DNA from: Chiloscyllium plagiosum | Lineage: Eukaryota | Length of the DNA: 43,169 bases | Assembly (NCBI RefSeq): GCF_004010195.1 | Contig: NC_057718.1 | Coordinates: 12,014,385 to 12,057,553 of the forward strand | Reading direction: 5' to 3' | Made by a program: the position numbers and the translations under genes | The notes under the pieces: model-generated | Seen by the model: the letters and a program-made list of their open reading frames with translations, nothing else | Told to the model about the DNA's origin: nothing | Databases searched by the model: none | Shown: positions 1-12,906 of the stretch, piece after piece | Layout: each line of letters begins with the position of its first letter | How positions within the stretch are numbered: the stretch's first letter is position 1

Positions 1-118
1 GGAAGAGTTTAGAGGGATATGAACCAAATACTGGCAAACAGGACTAGATCAACTTAGGATACCTGGTCAGTACGGACGAATTGGACTGAAGGATCTGTTT
101 CCGTGCTGTATAAATCTA
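1..118 (+). mobile_element. CR1/HER1-type LINE 3' UTR fragment (cut by window start)
   Basis: Matches the 3' tails that follow CR1 ORF ends at 9690-9819, 11610-11745 and 15050-15148 (gagggatatg...ggactagat...gtctgtttccgtgctgta). Confidence 0.8.
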
Positions 119-143
119 AGACTTTTGTGCCTATACTTTTTGT

Positions 144-465
144 GGGCGGCACGGTGGCACAGTGGTTAGCACATGCTGCCTCACAGCGCCAGGGACCCGG
201 GTTCAATTCCCTCCTCAGGCGACTGTCTGTGTGGAGTTTGCACATTCTCCCCGTGTCTGCGTGGGTTTCCTCCGGGTGTTCCGGTTTCCTCCCACAATCC
301 AAAAATGTGCAGGTTAGGTGAATTGGCCACGCTAAATTGCCCCATAGTGTTAGATGAAGAGGTAAATGTAGGGGAATGGGTCTGGGTGGGTTGCGCTTCG
401 ACGGGTCGGTGTGGACTTGTTGGGCCGAAGGGCCTGTTTCCACACTGTAATCTAATCTAATCTAA
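144..465 (+). mobile_element. HE1-like V-SINE (tRNA-derived head, V-domain core, CR1-derived tail, (TCTAA)n end)
   Basis: Head has A-box-like TGGCACAGTGG and B-box GGTTCAATTCC; core GGAGTTTGCACATTCTCCCCGTGTCTGCGTGGGTTTCCTCCGGG; tail GGGCCGAAGGGCCTGTT shared with CR1 3' ends; three other copies in the window. Confidence 0.9.
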
Positions 466-2877
466 CCACATAAACATTTGGAAATATGATTCTACAAATC
501 AAGCTTGGAACACAATTAACCTTCCCTATGTGTGTTCCTTTACTCTCACACAAGTTCATATACAAGCAGTTGACTCGGTTGTCCCTTGTTTCTGAACTTT
601 TCAAACATCCAACATGTAGCAACCTGAGACTCTTTGATTGTGAAAATCTTTCTGCAGTGGATACTTTCCAGCACCATCTGAACACATGTTCTTCCCTTGT
701 TTCTTTAGGCATTCATGAAAAAAAGAGCAGGCCCAGAGTTGCCAACAAAATTAGAATGTTGAATGATTTATCGTTATTGACATTGCTACGAAAAGAAGAC
801 CTTTCATGACCACTGGGTGTCCCAAAATGCCTTTTAGTCAATGAAGTGCCCCTCATAAATAGCGGATTCTGATATAGGGGCCTTTGCCTTTATGCACAGC
901 TTCAACTTTAAAATACATAAGGAAACAAAGCTTCAGATAGGGCTTCCCTGAATTCATTGTGACCTAAAGGTGTGTGTTTGTGGAGATCTGTCAACAATTT
1001 GATGCAGTGGTGGGAGCACAGTGGATGCAGATGAGAGTTTTGCCCTTTAGAAGGATGTCACATTTTAGCCATCTGATATGTTTGTAGCTGTGTATGAGAA
1101 CACACAAGGCTAGCTATCCATTGTAATAGCACGTATAATGCAAACCATTGTAGGACCGTCAAAAAGACAAAGAGCCTCGGCAATTTTAAGATTCTCTTAA
1201 CACCATTTTTATATCATGATACGAGGGGAGTAGCGAGAAGGGTCAGGTAAGGTTTGCACATAAAATTTCCACTGTCACCTAAACAGGGGCAAATCAAAAC
1301 AGTAGGCACATTTACATTTCACTAACCAGGTATTGATTTGGTTGAACTTCATTTCAATGGTTCTGAGAACTTTATGAAGATGATATAGAACAATGTAATA
1401 AAGAGAAAACGAATAGAGTGAGTTAACTGTGTTAGTACAAATGGCAAGATTTTTGAAGATGTATTTGGGTTTTGGATTGTACACACATCATACCATGCCA
1501 TGGATTGGCCAAGTACAGGTCTTGGCAATCTGAAGATAATGAACACAAACTCATTAGCTATTCTTCTATATCATGGTGCACTCTTTCCTGCTTCTGGGTG
1601 ACTTCCTTCTCATCCATGCCTCTTTAGATGCAACAAGCAAAGAGTACAACCTTCATCAAAATCTGGAAAGGATCATACTGTAAGATGTATCCAGGCACTC
1701 AAAACATACCATTAAGTTGTCTACAATGGAGACAATAATGATTCTAATGGTTACATCAGATTCATATTCTGCCTACAGACTATAACTGATCATGACTATC
1801 CCAGAGGTGTCACATGCCAAGGTAGACCTGTTCTCCTCTTAAATATCTCTGGACAAACTTTCAGTGTTAAATAACCCTGCCTTTATGGTTATGACATAAA
1901 ATGGAGATTTGATTATTGCTGTCCGATTGGGGTTTTATTGTTTTGTTGGTCACTGAAGGCATGCTGGTTGGGGAGTAAAAATAATGAAGATCATGTGATT
2001 ATTAAAGGCCATGTGCTCATATGCAGAAGCCAGCAAAATAAACCAGGTTTATCAATGTTACCACAATGATTCCGAAGAATTGCGCTGTTTGAAGAACATT
2101 GCAAAAATTCTAATTTTACTGCTGGTTTTGCAAGAGGATAGATCTGCTGGAAGAAAGAAAAGACATTAAAGTGAGCAGGACAGTAGTATTAAACCAAGTG
2201 ATCACGTGGAGAAGAATACTGGTACAGACCAAAGAGGTTTAAAGTCATTTCTGTGCTGTGATATATGATCCTCTTTGTACTCTTCCAAGTAATGTAAAAA
2301 GAGAGAAATGCCAACTTTGAAAATTACCTTGAGAGCAATTTAAAAATCTTTGATAAATGCAAGACAAAAACTGACCAGAATTTTCAGTGAAATTAACATC
2401 TGGCATAAAACCAAATTTCGCTTTCAAGTTTATTTTTCTCTCTCATAGTAGAACTGGTCATAGTTTAAAAGCAGACTTGCAGACATCCAGATGTGCCTGC
2501 CTTCACTGGGTGTGTGCTTTCCAAAGTCAGACTCAATGCTTTTCTGGCAAACAACGTGGGAAATTCAGGATGTGCTAAAATGCATCCAAAAAACATAAAC
2601 CCATATATTTAAATATGAAAATAGAGCTCTCATCACCATCAATGACAACCATAAGGTTTATTCTTGGGAGACCATTTTGGGTAGAGATGTCGAGTGAACC
2701 CTGAGGACATGTTCACCACGCCAAATCAAATAACACTGATATAATGCTTTAAGATTGCCAAGCTATCAAAGTGAAACCAGAGCTAACAAAAATGTTTAAG
2801 TTTATAAGCACAAAGCTATCACAGTTTCTGGTGTAATACCACTGTACATAGTTCTTTTACTGTCCAGTGACAAAAGA

Positions 2878-4035
2878 GTAGAGAAGTATACATAGAACAT
2901 AACAACGCAGTACAGGCCCTTTGGCTCTCGATGTTGCGCCACCCTGTGGAACCAATCTGAAGCCTATCTAACCTATACCATTCCATTCTCATCCATATGC
3001 CTATCTAATGACCATTTAAATGCCCTTAAAGTTGGCGAGTCTACTACTGTTGCAGGCAGGGCACGCCACGTCTCTACTACTCTCTGAGTAAAGAAACTAT
3101 CTTTGACATCTGACCTAGATCTATCACCCCTCAATTTAAAGCTATGTCCCCTCATGCTAGCCATTGCCATCCAAGGAAAAAGGCTTTCACTGTCCAACCT
3201 ATCTAACCCTCTGATTATCTTATATGTCTCAATTAAGTCGCCTCTCAACCTTCTCTCCAACAAAACAGCCTTTCCTTGTAAGGCCTTCCCTCCGTACCAG
3301 GCAATATCCTAGTAAATCTCCTCTGAACCCTTTCCAAAGCTTCCACATCCTTCCTATAATGCGGTGACCAGAACTGTACACAATATTCAAAATGTAGCCG
3401 CGCTAGAGTTTTGTACACCTGTAGCATGATCTCATGGTTCCGAAACTCAATCCCTGTACCAATATAAGCAAACACACCATATGCCTTCTTAACAACCCTA
3501 TCAGCTTGGGTGGCAACTTTCAAAGATCTATGTACCTAGACACCGAGATCTCTCTGGTCGTTGACACTACCAAAAATGTAATCATTAGCCCAGTACTCTG
3601 CATTCATGTTACTCCTTCCAAAGTGATTCATCTCACACTTTTCTGCATTAAACTCAATTTTCAACCGCTTAGCCTAGCTCTGCAGCTTATCTATGTCTCT
3701 CTGTCATCTACAACATTCTTCGTCTGTATCCACAACTCTACTGACCTTAGTGTCATCTGCAAATTTACTAACCCATCCACCTTTGCCCTCATCCAGGTCA
3801 TTTATAAAAATGACAAACAACAGTGGACACAAAACAGATCCTTGCAATGCACCAGTAGTAAGTGAACTCCAGGATGAATATTTCCCATCAACCGCCACCC
3901 TCTGTCTTCTTTGAGCTAGCCAATTTCTGATCCAAACTGCTAAATCACCCTCAATTCTATGTCTCCATATTTTGTGCAATAGCCTACCATGGGGAATTTT
4001 ATCAAACACCTTACTGAAATCCATATACACCACAT
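2878..4035 (-). mobile_element. CR1/HER1-type LINE, 5'-truncated, frameshifted RT C-terminus plus 3' UTR
   Basis: ORF pieces VVYMDFSKVFDKIPH, QGSVLCPLLFVIFINDLD, KFADDTK, EYCVQFWSPHYRKDVEALERVQRRFT and LERRRLRGDLIETYKI lie in successive frames. Confidence 0.92.
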
Positions 4036-4090
4036 TTAAAGTGATTAGCAGAAGAACCAGAGACAACATGAGGAAACATCTGATTTTCTT

Positions 4091-4390
4091 TCACATTTCC
4101 AACGCCCCTCCTCCAAGTCCCTCCTCCCTACCTTTTATCTTCTCCTGCTGAATTCTTCTTGACCTCTCCGCCTCCATCCTACTCCGACCTATCACCCTCA
4201 CCTTGACCTCTTTCCACCTATCACATTTCCAACGCCCCTCCTCCAAGTCCCTCCTCCCTACCTTTTATCTTCTCCTGCTGAACACTCTCTGCTCATTCCT
4301 GAAGAAGGGCCTGTGCCCGAAACGTCGAATCTCCTGTTCCCTGGATGCTGCCTGACCTGCTGTGCTGTTCCAGCAATAAAGTTTCAACTT
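4091..4390 (+). mobile_element. Penelope-like element terminal repeat (family A) with internal 62-bp duplication
   Basis: Same repeat family as 9128-9296, 36826-37022 and 37756-38062; contains a hammerhead core; 4091-4152 is repeated at 4221-4282. Confidence 0.75.
4295..4330 (+). ncRNA. Minimal type I hammerhead ribozyme motif (PLE family A)
   Basis: ATTC-CTGAAGA-A-GGGC(CTGT)GCCC-GAAA-CGTC-GAAT: core CUGANGA...GAAA, 4-bp stem II, palindromic ACGU in place of stem III, GUC triplet, stem I ATTC/GAAT. Confidence 0.8.
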
Positions 4391-4804
4391 TCTATTCTGG
4401 CCTAGGATGTGGAGAAAACCAGCTGGTCATTACATCTGTCACAAACCCCAGAAGGTGAAGGTGAGCTGTCTTGAACCCCTGTAATCCATCTGATGCAAGT
4501 ACATCCACTGAGTTGTTATGATCTGGAAAGCACTGCTGGAAAAAGCAGTCAATCGGTTTCAATGATGACATTTAAAAAGAACTAGTTTAATGGTTGAAGG
4601 GCCAAAAAAAAGAGATCTTTGAGGTAAGAGGTAGAGACAAGAATTTGGTAGCTCTGGCATAATGAAACAAATGACCTCTTATATTTTGACATTCTATGAT
4701 TCAATTTAATGTTAGGGGCAAAAGTCTTTTAAAAACAAACATGCTCCGTGGTCAGATAGTTGGAGGAAACTGCCTGTTGGGTCGTGAGGATTTCTCAATG
4801 TAAA

Positions 4805-5275
4805 AACATAAGAAATAAGGGCAGGAGTAGGCCACTCAGACTCTCAAGCCTGCTCCCTTATTCCATGACTAGATCATGAATAATCTGATCTTGGCCTCAA
4901 CTCCACTTTCCTGCTTGTTCCTGTAATCTTTCATTCTCCAATTCAAAATCTTTCTCCCTCTGATTTGAATAAACCCAAAACTCTCTGGAATAGAGAATTC
5001 CAAAGATTCATGACCCTAAGAGAAGAACTTCTTTTTTCTCTCCATCTGCAACAATATCCCCTCGTCTAGACTTTCTGGAAGTTGAAAAACCAAGTGCATC
5101 CCCCAATACCCACCCACCCTGTTAATGCCCTCAGAATTTTTGGTTCAATAAGACCCTGCCCAGTTTTCTACATTCCAATTATTTTAGGTCTTTCCGGATA
5201 AGGCAAGAGCTTCATTGATTAATCAACGTCGTGAATCTTTTCTGAACCACTTCCAATGCAAATATAAGAAACAAA
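4805..5275 (-). mobile_element. Degraded CR1-type LINE 3' end
   Basis: Reverse-strand tail (aacataagaaataagggcaggagtaggccactcag...agagaattccaaagattc) resembles the reverse complement of the CR1 tail at 21590-21810. Confidence 0.6.
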
Positions 5276-5869
5276 CCTTTATCACCAAGGTTCCCATTTC
5301 CTATTCTTTACCTTGAAGATCTGACCATCATGAATAACAAAGGAGATCATTACAGAACTTCTATTTTTTTCAGAAGAAGGCCAAATTGTCCAGCTATTGG
5401 GATAATTTAGGAATCTGTAAGCAGACACAATGGAGTCTGAAATGGAACAATGAGGCAAGGAGGTCCCTTTTGTTTTGCAACCCCTCACAAAACCAAAGGG
5501 TGAATCATTTGCTTCCTTGGGAGAACTCCTAAATGAGTCAGAAACACCAGCTGTTATTGTCCATCCTAGCTAATTCCTGAGCCAAGGGTGTACCTCACTC
5601 TGTGGCGCCATGTACAATCAGCAACATACCTTGACAGATGGACCAGGATTTGCTTCCATCATACTTGCTGATATACCAGACAAATGTCCAATGATCTAGA
5701 GACTCATTGACTGGCTTTGCATCATAGTCTGATACACCCAACCCAAATTCTACTCAAAATTTGAAGCTTTTGATGTATCACTGATTCTGTGCTCAATTCT
5801 GAGGAATTTTAAATCACCCTGCAAAAACAACTTTGATTTATGTACATATTCATTTAGTGTATTAAAAGG

Positions 5870-6330
5870 TTACATTCAAGAATGAAATCCAGGTTAGATT
5901 AACTGGAGCAAGAGGCATGACCAGTGACTTAGTTAGTGTTTGGAAGTCTGAAAGCATCAACAGAAAACTGAAAAACTGTCTAGTGCAATCTCTACTGTGG
6001 AGTATTGCACTCTGTGGATGTAAGAGTTGGATTCTTAAGAATGAGGATGGGAAGAGCATAATAACTTCTGAAATCTGGGGTCAGTGGATACGAGAATGCT
6101 CAGAATCAACTGGATGGACAGAAAGATAAATGAGTGGGTTACAGTAAGGTCAGGAGTCAAGTGGGTTACTAAATACAGTTAGAGAGAGCAAGATAGCCAA
6201 GTACAGACATTAGAAAGAAAGATTTAACCTTCTTGTTCTGGCAGAAACTGAAGGAGAAATTGAGAATTAAAACAGAAGAGACAAGAATCTAATGGTTAGA
6301 TGACATTGAGACATGGACTGAGATAGGCTT
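5870..6330 (+). mobile_element. Degraded RTE-clade LINE ORF C-terminal fragment
   Basis: LVQSLLWSIALCGCKSWIL...EIW...WMDRKINEWV resembles the post-RT region of RTE elements; stops and frameshifts present. Confidence 0.65.
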
Positions 6331-6344
6331 GAAGACGTTTTACT

Positions 6345-8040
6345 CATTTATTCACTTGTGAGTCATAGACATTGTTGGCTGGCCAGCGTTTATTGCCTGT
6401 CGCTAATTGCCCCTGGTGGTGAGTTGCCTTCTTAAAACACTTCAAGCCACATGCTGTAGATTGACCCACAAGGCCCTAAGGCAGGGAATTCCATAATTTT
6501 GACCCAGTGACCGTGAAAGAACAACAATATATTTCCAAGTCGGGATGGTGAGTGGCTTGGAGAGGAACTTGCAGTCAGTAATGTTCCCATGTATCTGCTG
6601 ACCTTGTCCTTCCAGATACAAGTGGTCATGGGTTTGAAAGGAGATGTCTAAGGATCTTTAGTGAATTTCTGCCATGCATCTTGTAGGTCATACATACTGA
6701 TGCTACTGAGCATCGGTGTTGGAGAAAAAGTGCATGCTTGTGGATGTGGTGCCAATCAAGCAGACTGCTTTGTCATGGATGGAGCCAAGTATTGTTGGAG
6801 CTGCATCTATCTTGGCAAGTTGGAGCATATTCCATCGGACTCCTTACTTGTGTCTTGTAGATGGGTGGACAGACGATTAGAGTGTCAGAAGATGGAGTTA
6901 TTCGCTGCAATATTCCTAGCCTCTGACCTGCTCTTGTAGCCACTGTTTATCTTGGGAGTCCAGTTGTGTTTCTGGTCAATGGCAACTCCCGGAGTGGGGA
7001 ATTCAGTGATGGTAACACCATTAAATATCAAGGGACTGTGGTTACATCATCTCTTATTGGAGCTGCTCATTGCCTGGCATTTGTGTACCATGATGTTACT
7101 TGCCATTGGTCAGATCAAGCCTGGATATTGTTCAGATCTTGATGCAGTCGAACATGGACTGCTTTAGTATCTCAGGAGTTACGAATTGTGTTAATATTCT
7201 GGAATCATTGGGAAACATCCCCACTTCTGACTTTATGATGGAGGGAAGGTCATTGATGAAACAGTTGAAGATAGTTGAGCCTAGGACACTACACTGATGA
7301 ACCAGTGCAGTTGAAATAACTGACTTCCAATAACCACAACCATTCCTATGCGTCAGGCATGATTCCAGCTAGCAGAAAGTTTATACCCTGATATCCACTG
7401 ATTCCACATTTGATTTGAACATGGTCTTGATGTCAAGGGCTGTCACTCTCACTTCACCACTGGAATTCAGCTCTTTTGGCCACAGCTGTAAAGAGCTAAG
7501 TGATCCTGGTGGAACCTAAACGAGGTGACACTGAGCAGGTTATTGTTGTTGCTTGATAGCACTGTTGATGACACCTTCGATCACTTTAGTGACAACACTT
7601 TCCTTTGGCCGGGTTGGATTTGTAATATTTTTTGTGGCAATTTTCCACATTGTCAGGTAGATCCCAGTGTTGTAGCTGTAATGCAAGAGCTTGGCTATGG
7701 GAGTGGCAAGTTTTGCAGCACAAGTCCTAAGTACGATTGCCAGAATGTTGTGGGGTCCCATAGGCATTGCACTATCCAGTGCCTCCAATCATTTCTTGAT
7801 ATTAGATGGAGTGATTCGAATTTGCTGAAGACGTATCTGTAATGCTGGGATCATTGGAGGAGACTGAGATGGAACATCCATTGGCACTTCTGGCTGAATA
7901 CTGCTGCAAATGCTTCAGCCTTATCTTTTGCATTGATCGGTTGGGTTCTTCCATCATTGATGGGGATACTTGTGGACCCTCCTGCTCCAGAGAATTGTTT
8001 AATTGAGACAATGTCAACAATTCCACAAATACAACAGTGA
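6345..8040 (-). mobile_element. Old CR1-group LINE fragment (pre-RT/RT region to 3' end)
   Basis: ALDSAMPMGPHNILAIVLRTCAAKLATPIAKLLHYSYNTGIYLTMWKIA and KVIEGVINSAIKQ; related pieces at 23400-23720 and 39040-39320. Confidence 0.75.
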
Positions 8041-8289
8041 ACAAACAAGATAAAACGTCTTTGTATCATAAAGGAGGTGAGGGAGGAAAGTACAGAGGCT
8101 TAGGTAGATGATTCAGAACTCAGGGCCTAGTCAGCTGTGCAATTTGCCAGCAGTGATGGAACAATGAAAATCGGGAGGTGAAAATTGTATCTGAGCTCGT
8201 GGCCAATACCTTTTCCGAGATTGCTGCTTCAGTTCACCAATCAGAGAATCACAAGAGGCCAGGCAGTCCACCATACCTGTGTCTTGGGA

Positions 8290-8890
8290 CAAGCTAATTA
8301 AGTAGCCCCACTCACCATCTCTCTTCCCACAGCCCTGCAATTTTGATCTTCAAAATATTTAGGTTTTTTTTGAAGGTTGATATTGAAATTGCTTTCACTA
8401 CCCTCTCAGGCAATGCATTCCAGGATAAAACTCGCTGTGTAAAAATAAAACTTTTACTCATGTTGCCTCTGATTCTTATGTTGATAATCTTAAATCTGTG
8501 TCCTCTAGTTACATGCCTTTCTGCTACAGAAAACAGGTTCACCTTATTCACGCTATTGAAGGTTCAAGGTTTTTGAACATGTCTATCAAAGCTCTCCTTA
8601 ACAATTCCTGGCTAAGGAGAACAACCCCAGAGTCTCCCAGCTTTCTGTAACTGAAGTCCTTCACCACCAGAATGATTCAAATAAATCTCCGTCAGACCTC
8701 CTCCAGGACCCCATCATCTTTCCAGAAGGGTAGTGCCTGGAATTGGCAGTAATACTTCAGCTGAAGCTTCACCAGTGCTTTATAAAAATACGCATAAGTT
8801 CCCCGAGTTTAAATTCTGTACCTCTGTTTATAAAGACAAAAGTACTGGTGTGTCTCATCTGTCTGCCTTCAAAGGCTTGAGTACATCCAC
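8290..8890 (-). mobile_element. Degraded CR1-type LINE 3' fragment
   Basis: ORF 8312-8551: TRGHRFKII...FTQRVLSWNALPERVVKAISISTFKK, the typical CR1 ORF2 C-terminus. Confidence 0.8.
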
Positions 8891-9082
8891 TGTCAGATTC
8901 TCCAGTTAAAGTATCTCATTTGATTCATGTTCTTTTCAATTCATACACCTCTATCTGAAATTTTACTTGCTGTAATCTATTTATATCAACTAAGATCTTT
9001 GTAATCCATCATTTGCATAAATCTGAAATTGCTCATCCTGGACGATCTTGAAATTCTGAATTACTATGTAACCTTTAATGAA

Positions 9083-9377
9083 TTGGAGGAGCCGGTATTA
9101 GACTGGGGTGGACAAAGTTAAAAATCAGGAGTTGAAAAACGTGGTGCTGGAAAAACACAGCAGGCCAAGCAGCATCCGAGGAGCAGGAGAATCGACGTTT
9201 CGGAAATAAGCCCTTCTTCAGGAATGAGGCTGGTGTGCCAAGCGGGCTGAGATAAAAGGTAGAGGGGAGGGAATTTGGAAGAGGGGCGCTGGGAATACCA
9301 GGTTATCGTCCAACAGGTTTATTTGGAAGCACTAGCTTTTGAAGCGCTGTTTGGTGTTTGGTGATTTTTAATTTTGT
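9083..9377. mobile_element. Composite Penelope-like insertion (family B ends with family A piece nested), 11-bp TSD
   Basis: Flanked by CCTTTAATGAA at 9072-9082 and 9378-9388; family B terminus at left, short inverted family B end at right; family A segment 9128-9296 carries a hammerhead-like motif on the minus strand (9190-9225). Confidence 0.75.
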
Positions 9378-9519
9378 CCTTTAATGAAGCAAGAGTGTCA
9401 ACACAGTCCTTTCCAAATTTTCAGACTCTAGTCGAGTAAGTCAGCCTGCAACCTAAACTCCTAGAGCCTGACATCCCATAATGTCCCAGCAATACTGATT
9501 GATAACGCCACCATATCAC

Positions 9520-9819
9520 ATCCAGAACTAGAGGGCATAGGTTTAGTGTGAGAGGGAAAAGATTTAAAAGGGACCTAAGGGGCAACTTTTTAATACAAAG
9601 GGTGGTGCATGTATGGCATGAGCTGCCAGAGGAAGTGGCAGAGGCTGCTACAATTACAACATTTAAAAGGCATTTAGATGGATAAATGATTTGGAAGGGT
9701 TTAGAGGGATATGGACTAAGTGCTGGCAAATGGGACTAGATTAATTTAGGATACCTGGTCGGTATGGATGAGTTGGACTGAAGGGTCTGTTTCCGTGCTG
9801 TACACCTCTTTGACTCTAT
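9520..9819 (+). mobile_element. CR1/HER1-type LINE 3' end
   Basis: Encodes SRTRGHRFSVRGKRFKRDLRGNFLIQRVVHVWHELPEEV followed by the shared 3' UTR. Confidence 0.88.
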
Positions 9820-10794
9820 CTAATGATTGTTTCCATATGTGTTAATTATAACCTTTAATCGGGGCTCAGTATTAAATTGTCCACATGATTTGGTTCCACA
9901 AACAGTTTAATTTAACTTCGAGCTTAATATTTCTTTTGTATAAGCCAAGTTCCTCCCTGTGTAATTATCAACTGCAACTGCTGCAGACTAAATTAGACTT
10001 ATGACCTTCATGGAAGCTAGCTTTTCAAAGACTTGCTGACATGCCTGGAATGTATCTCCTTAAAAATCTCATTTCCTAAAATGGCCAGAAATTGCTTGTC
10101 TGATTTACTAAAGTTCAGCTGGATTTGTTAGAAGGTGGCGTAGTGGCGTTCTTAGCTGATCTGATTGTTCGGGTGTAGGATTTTCCAGTTGGGCAAAACG
10201 CCGAGCATAGCAATGCTAGAACATGTTTTGTGCCTCTTCAACAGTAAAATGAGCTGTCACCACTACCTTTTCCAGGATCAGTCTCATTTTCAAGTTGCAG
10301 GCAACATTCCAGTATCAACTGGGTGGGATGTTGTGGGGTGTAACTGCTGGAAGCTGTAAGGTCATCAGCAGCTTGAAAGGGAGCAGAGAAAAACACTGAA
10401 CTTGGAGGTTATGGAACCAAGTAACAAAGAGGGAGGTCATTCAGTCTATTACGCTCACAAGAAATAACCAACCTATTAGCCCCATTATCCCTTTCTTTCA
10501 CATAGCTTTGCAATTTATTTCTTTTTCATGTATATATCCAAATCCCTTTTGATAGTTACTTTTAAGACTACTGGACTTGATTTGGACTGTTGATGCAGGA
10601 ATATCTGCTTGTAACTATAAGTGTTTCTTGACTGGAGATTATAAAAATATGTTTTCGCTTGGATTTCACCAGTGCCACAGGTGATGGACAGGTGGGCCAG
10701 TAAAGTGTCGTGGAGGTGTTGGGATGGCTCCCTAATGCAGTCAAGCTGAGAAAGGTAGAGAGTTGGTAACATCAATAAAAACCATTAGCTTTTG

Positions 10795-11745
10795 AAAATA
10801 GCAGGTATGGTTAGTAAGTTTGCAGATGACACCAAAACTGGAGGTGCAGTGGACAGCAAAGAAGATCAGCTCAGAGTAAAATGGGGTCTTGATCAGGTTG
10901 GCAAATTGGCCAAGGAGTTGCAGATGGAGATTAATGTAGATAAATACGAGGTACTGCATGTTGGAAAGGCAATTCAGGGTAGGACTTATACACTCAATAG
11001 TAAGGTCCTGGGAATGTTGCTGGACAAAGAGACCTTGGAGCACAGCTTCATAGCTCCTTGAAAGTGGAGTCGCAGGTAGATAGGATAGTGAAGAAGGCGT
11101 TTGGCATGCTTTCTTTTATTGGCCGGAGCACTGAGTATAGAAGTTAGGAGGTCATGTTGCAGCAGTACAGGACACTGGTTAGGCCACTTTTGGAATATTG
11201 TGTGCAATTCTGGTCTCTCTGCTATGGGAAGGATGTTGTGAAGCTTGAAAAGGTTCAGAAGAGATTTTCAAAGATGTTGCTAGGATTGGAGGGTTTGAGC
11301 TATGGGGAGATGCTGAATGGGCTGGGGCTGTTTTCCCTGGAGCATCAGAGGCGAAGGGGTAATCTTATAAAGGTTTATAAAATCATGAGGGGCCCGTGAA
11401 TAGGGTAAATAGATAAGGTCTTTTCCCTGGGGTGGGGGAGTCCAGAACTAGAGGCCATAGGTTTAGGGTTGGAGGGGAAAGATTTAAAAGGGACCGAAGG
11501 GGCAAATTTTTCACGTAAAGGGTGATGCATACATGGAATGAGCTGCCAGAGGAAGCAGTGGAGACTGGTACAATTACAACATTTAAAAGGCATCTGGATG
11601 GCTACATGAATAAAAAGGGTTGAAAGGGATATGGACCAAGTGCTGGCAAATGGGACTAGATTAATTTAGGATATCTGGTCGACATGGGACGTGTTGGACC
11701 CAAGAATCTGATTCTGTGTTGTACATCTCTATAACTCTGTGACTC
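10795..11745 (+). mobile_element. CR1/HER1-type LINE, 5'-truncated, with stops and frameshifts
   Basis: SKFADDTKTGG, LVRPLLEYCVQFWS, LEKVQKRFSKML, RRRGNLIKVYKIM, then the shared 3' UTR. Confidence 0.92.
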
Positions 11746-12585
11746 CATGTACAGAGAAAGGACGGTGCTTCCGTTTTTTTTGTCAATATATGTTGACATT
11801 ATGGGTTTGAATTAAGTTTTATAGGCCTGTTAACTGACAACTATACAGGACTATTAACCAACTGCCAACTTGATGTGTAGTTTTGTGCTTTACAGCTAAG
11901 TTCACATATCAAATTATTTTCGAAGTAATGTTTTAAAACAACAGTGTAAAATAAAGCTCAATTGAAAGGTTCAATCACTGCTGCACCTTGTGTCCAATTG
12001 AGCAGATTTGCCTTTGTCAACGGTGCCTACTGAGCTTTTAGACAACATTTATTTTTCTCCTGTAGTCGTGTATCTTGGAAAGTTCATACATCACTTCACG
12101 GAATTCACAGAATCCACAGCACATTCAGCTCAACAGGGTTATACCACTAAGTGTGCTCCACACGAACATCACAATCTACTTCATCATGTTGGGCCAGCAT
12201 TATCCTTTTATTAATTTCTCCCTCCGATGTGCTCCAGCTTCCCCTTAGAAGTATCAACATCATTTACCTCAACTGCTCACTGTGGTCACAAGTTCGATAT
12301 TTTATCCACTCACTGGATGAAAACGTTTTTCCTGAATTGTCTAATGGATTAAATAAGAGCTAACTTGCATTTATGACATCTGGTGTTGGGCTTCCCACAA
12401 TGGGAAACATATCATCATGGCTACCCTGTTAAATCATGTCAAAATTTTAAAGGTTTCTTTCGGGACACTATTTGCCTTCTCCTTTCCAGGGGAAAATAAA
12501 AGTTGCAATCTATTCATTCTTTTTGCAGTGGTCAAAACCTTTATGTTCTGGCACCATTCTTGTAAATAAGCTTTTACCAATTCCA

Positions 12586-12906
12586 GGGACAGCATGGTGG
12601 CTCAGTGGTTAGCACTGCTGCCTCACATAACCAGAGTCCCAGGTTCGATTCCAGCCTCGGTTGTGGAGTTTGCACATTCTCCCTGTATCTGCGTGGGTTT
12701 CCTCCAGGTGCTCCAGTTTCCTCACACAATCACAAAAGCTGTGCAGGTCAGGTGAATTGGTCATGCTAAATTGTCCATAATGTTAGGTGCATTAGTCAGA
12801 GGGTAATGGGACTGGGTGGGTTACTCTTCGGAGGGCCAGTGTGGACTTGTTGGGCCGAAGGGCCTGATTCCGCACTGTAGGGAATCTAATCTACTATCTA
12901 ATCTAG
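12586..12906 (+). mobile_element. HE1-like V-SINE
   Basis: TGGCTCAGTGGTTAGCACTG head, GGTTCGATTCC B-box, V-domain, GGGCCGAAGGGCCTG tail, TCTAA-type end. Confidence 0.88.

Noticed and set aside
144..215. tRNA gene
   Set aside because: A and B boxes are present but run directly into SINE core and tail; it is a SINE head.
54..460. ORFs of 72-129 aa overlapping the SINE (also 18471-18954)
   Set aside because: They are translations of HE1-like SINE sequence that recur wherever the SINE does.
5282..5822. Possible minus-strand coding exon after ttgtttttgcag
   Set aside because: All three frames hit stops shortly after the acceptor and no protein is recognisable.
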